Below are positions 63,390 through 64,000 of a stretch of 64,000 bases of DNA, piece after piece. The position numbers and the translations under genes are program-made. How positions within the stretch are numbered: the stretch's first letter is position 1; each line of letters starts with the position of its first letter. The DNA comes from Entomortierella parvispora E1425 (lineage: Eukaryota > Fungi > Mortierellomycota). The notes beneath the pieces were generated by a model. That model did not search any database. It was not told the origin of the DNA and worked only from the letters and a program-made list of their open reading frames with translations. The stretch spans positions 62,001-126,000 of the forward strand of contig BQFW01000006.1 of assembly GCA_020891255.1 (NCBI GenBank). The letters run 5' to 3'.

Positions 63390-63784
63390 GCTGAGTATGC
63401 TGTTATGCAGTGAAAAAGAGCTGAAGAGACAAGGAGGAGGAAGGAGGAAGAAGGAAGAGAAAAGGAAGAGGAATGCGATGTGGCCACCAAAAGAAAGAGA
63501 AAAGAAAGAGAAAAGAAGTAGATGCATGCGACCCACCATTCTGGTGATTTGGTGGCAAAACAGGGACGATGTCTTTGCTGTTTGTACGCCGTGAATGTGA
63601 TCCGTGAATGTGATCCGTGTGTGTGATCCGTGTGTGTGCCTGGCTTGCTGCCATGCGCCCTCGCTTGCAGCCGCTCCTTTCCTTTCCCCTCTTTTTTCTT
63701 CCTTCTTTCCTTTCTTCCCTACACCCACGCCCGCACTTGCTTCTCTGCATTCTCGGCTTGATCAACTCCTTCTCACTCTTGACA

Positions 63785-64000
63785 ATGACCCTCGCTGCAT
63801 TGGCCTCACGATCTGCAAGATCCCTCCAGAATCCCCTTCGCAGGGCCGCCTGCATTCATCTCGCAGCGCCCATCACTCGCTCGTTCCATGCATTGGCTCC
63901 TCAGCAGACCATGCACCCTACCTCCTCGGGTGACCTCCTGCCCTACTGTGAGCGGAACTCTACCCGTCTACTTGGTAAGTTTGACGAGTTACACGCCAAC
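63785..64000 (+). CDS. 5' part of a probable class I SAM-dependent O-methyltransferase (CCoAOMT/COMTD1-like) with a mitochondrial-type presequence
   Basis: MTLAALASRSARSLQNPLRRAA...LLPYCERNSTRLLGKFDELHA runs off the window edge; divergent from MRE11. Confidence 0.5.
   Translation, partial: MTLAALASRSARSLQNPLRRAACIHLAAPITRSFHALAPQQTMHPTSSGDLLPYCERNSTRLLGKFDELHAN

Noticed and set aside
63595-63650. GTGATCCGTG short tandem repeats in the MRE11/methyltransferase divergent promoter
   Set aside because: Ordinary microsatellite-like promoter sequence with no further support.
1-64000. CRISPR array, tRNA or rRNA genes
   Set aside because: No regularly spaced repeat-spacer array, cloverleaf or rRNA signature was seen; the tandem repeats present have no unique spacers.

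Overview
Intron-containing fungal genomic DNA. Crinkler genes, Cryptons and intron style suggest an early-diverging fungus such as Mortierellaceae (inference). The right ~11 kb is ordinary housekeeping sequence: kinesin-14/Kar3, a PAK kinase, MRE11 and the 5' end of an O-methyltransferase. The left ~52 kb is an accessory, transposon-rich region. It holds a young AcademH element (DUF6589-type transposase plus RecQ-like helicase, 553-bp TIRs) nested in the left end of an older AcademH, a bacterial-looking secreted-protein gene, an HPP gene, an intact 8-exon Rpp40 gene with separate 5' and 3' pseudocopies, two Crinkler-REase-kinase genes, four Crypton tyrosine-recombinase genes, a piggyBac relic and a MITE. 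The standout is a 5-exon, 1419-aa gene (34888-39551) that fuses an XPG/FEN1-type PIN nuclease to a Fanzor/TnpB-type RuvC nuclease with an intact D-E-D triad and zinc finger. It is followed immediately by a ~130-nt multi-hairpin candidate omegaRNA and is flanked by Crypton recombinase genes. All gene models were spliced by hand from GT/GC-AG sites and frame continuity; family assignments come from motif recognition, and no database searches were run.
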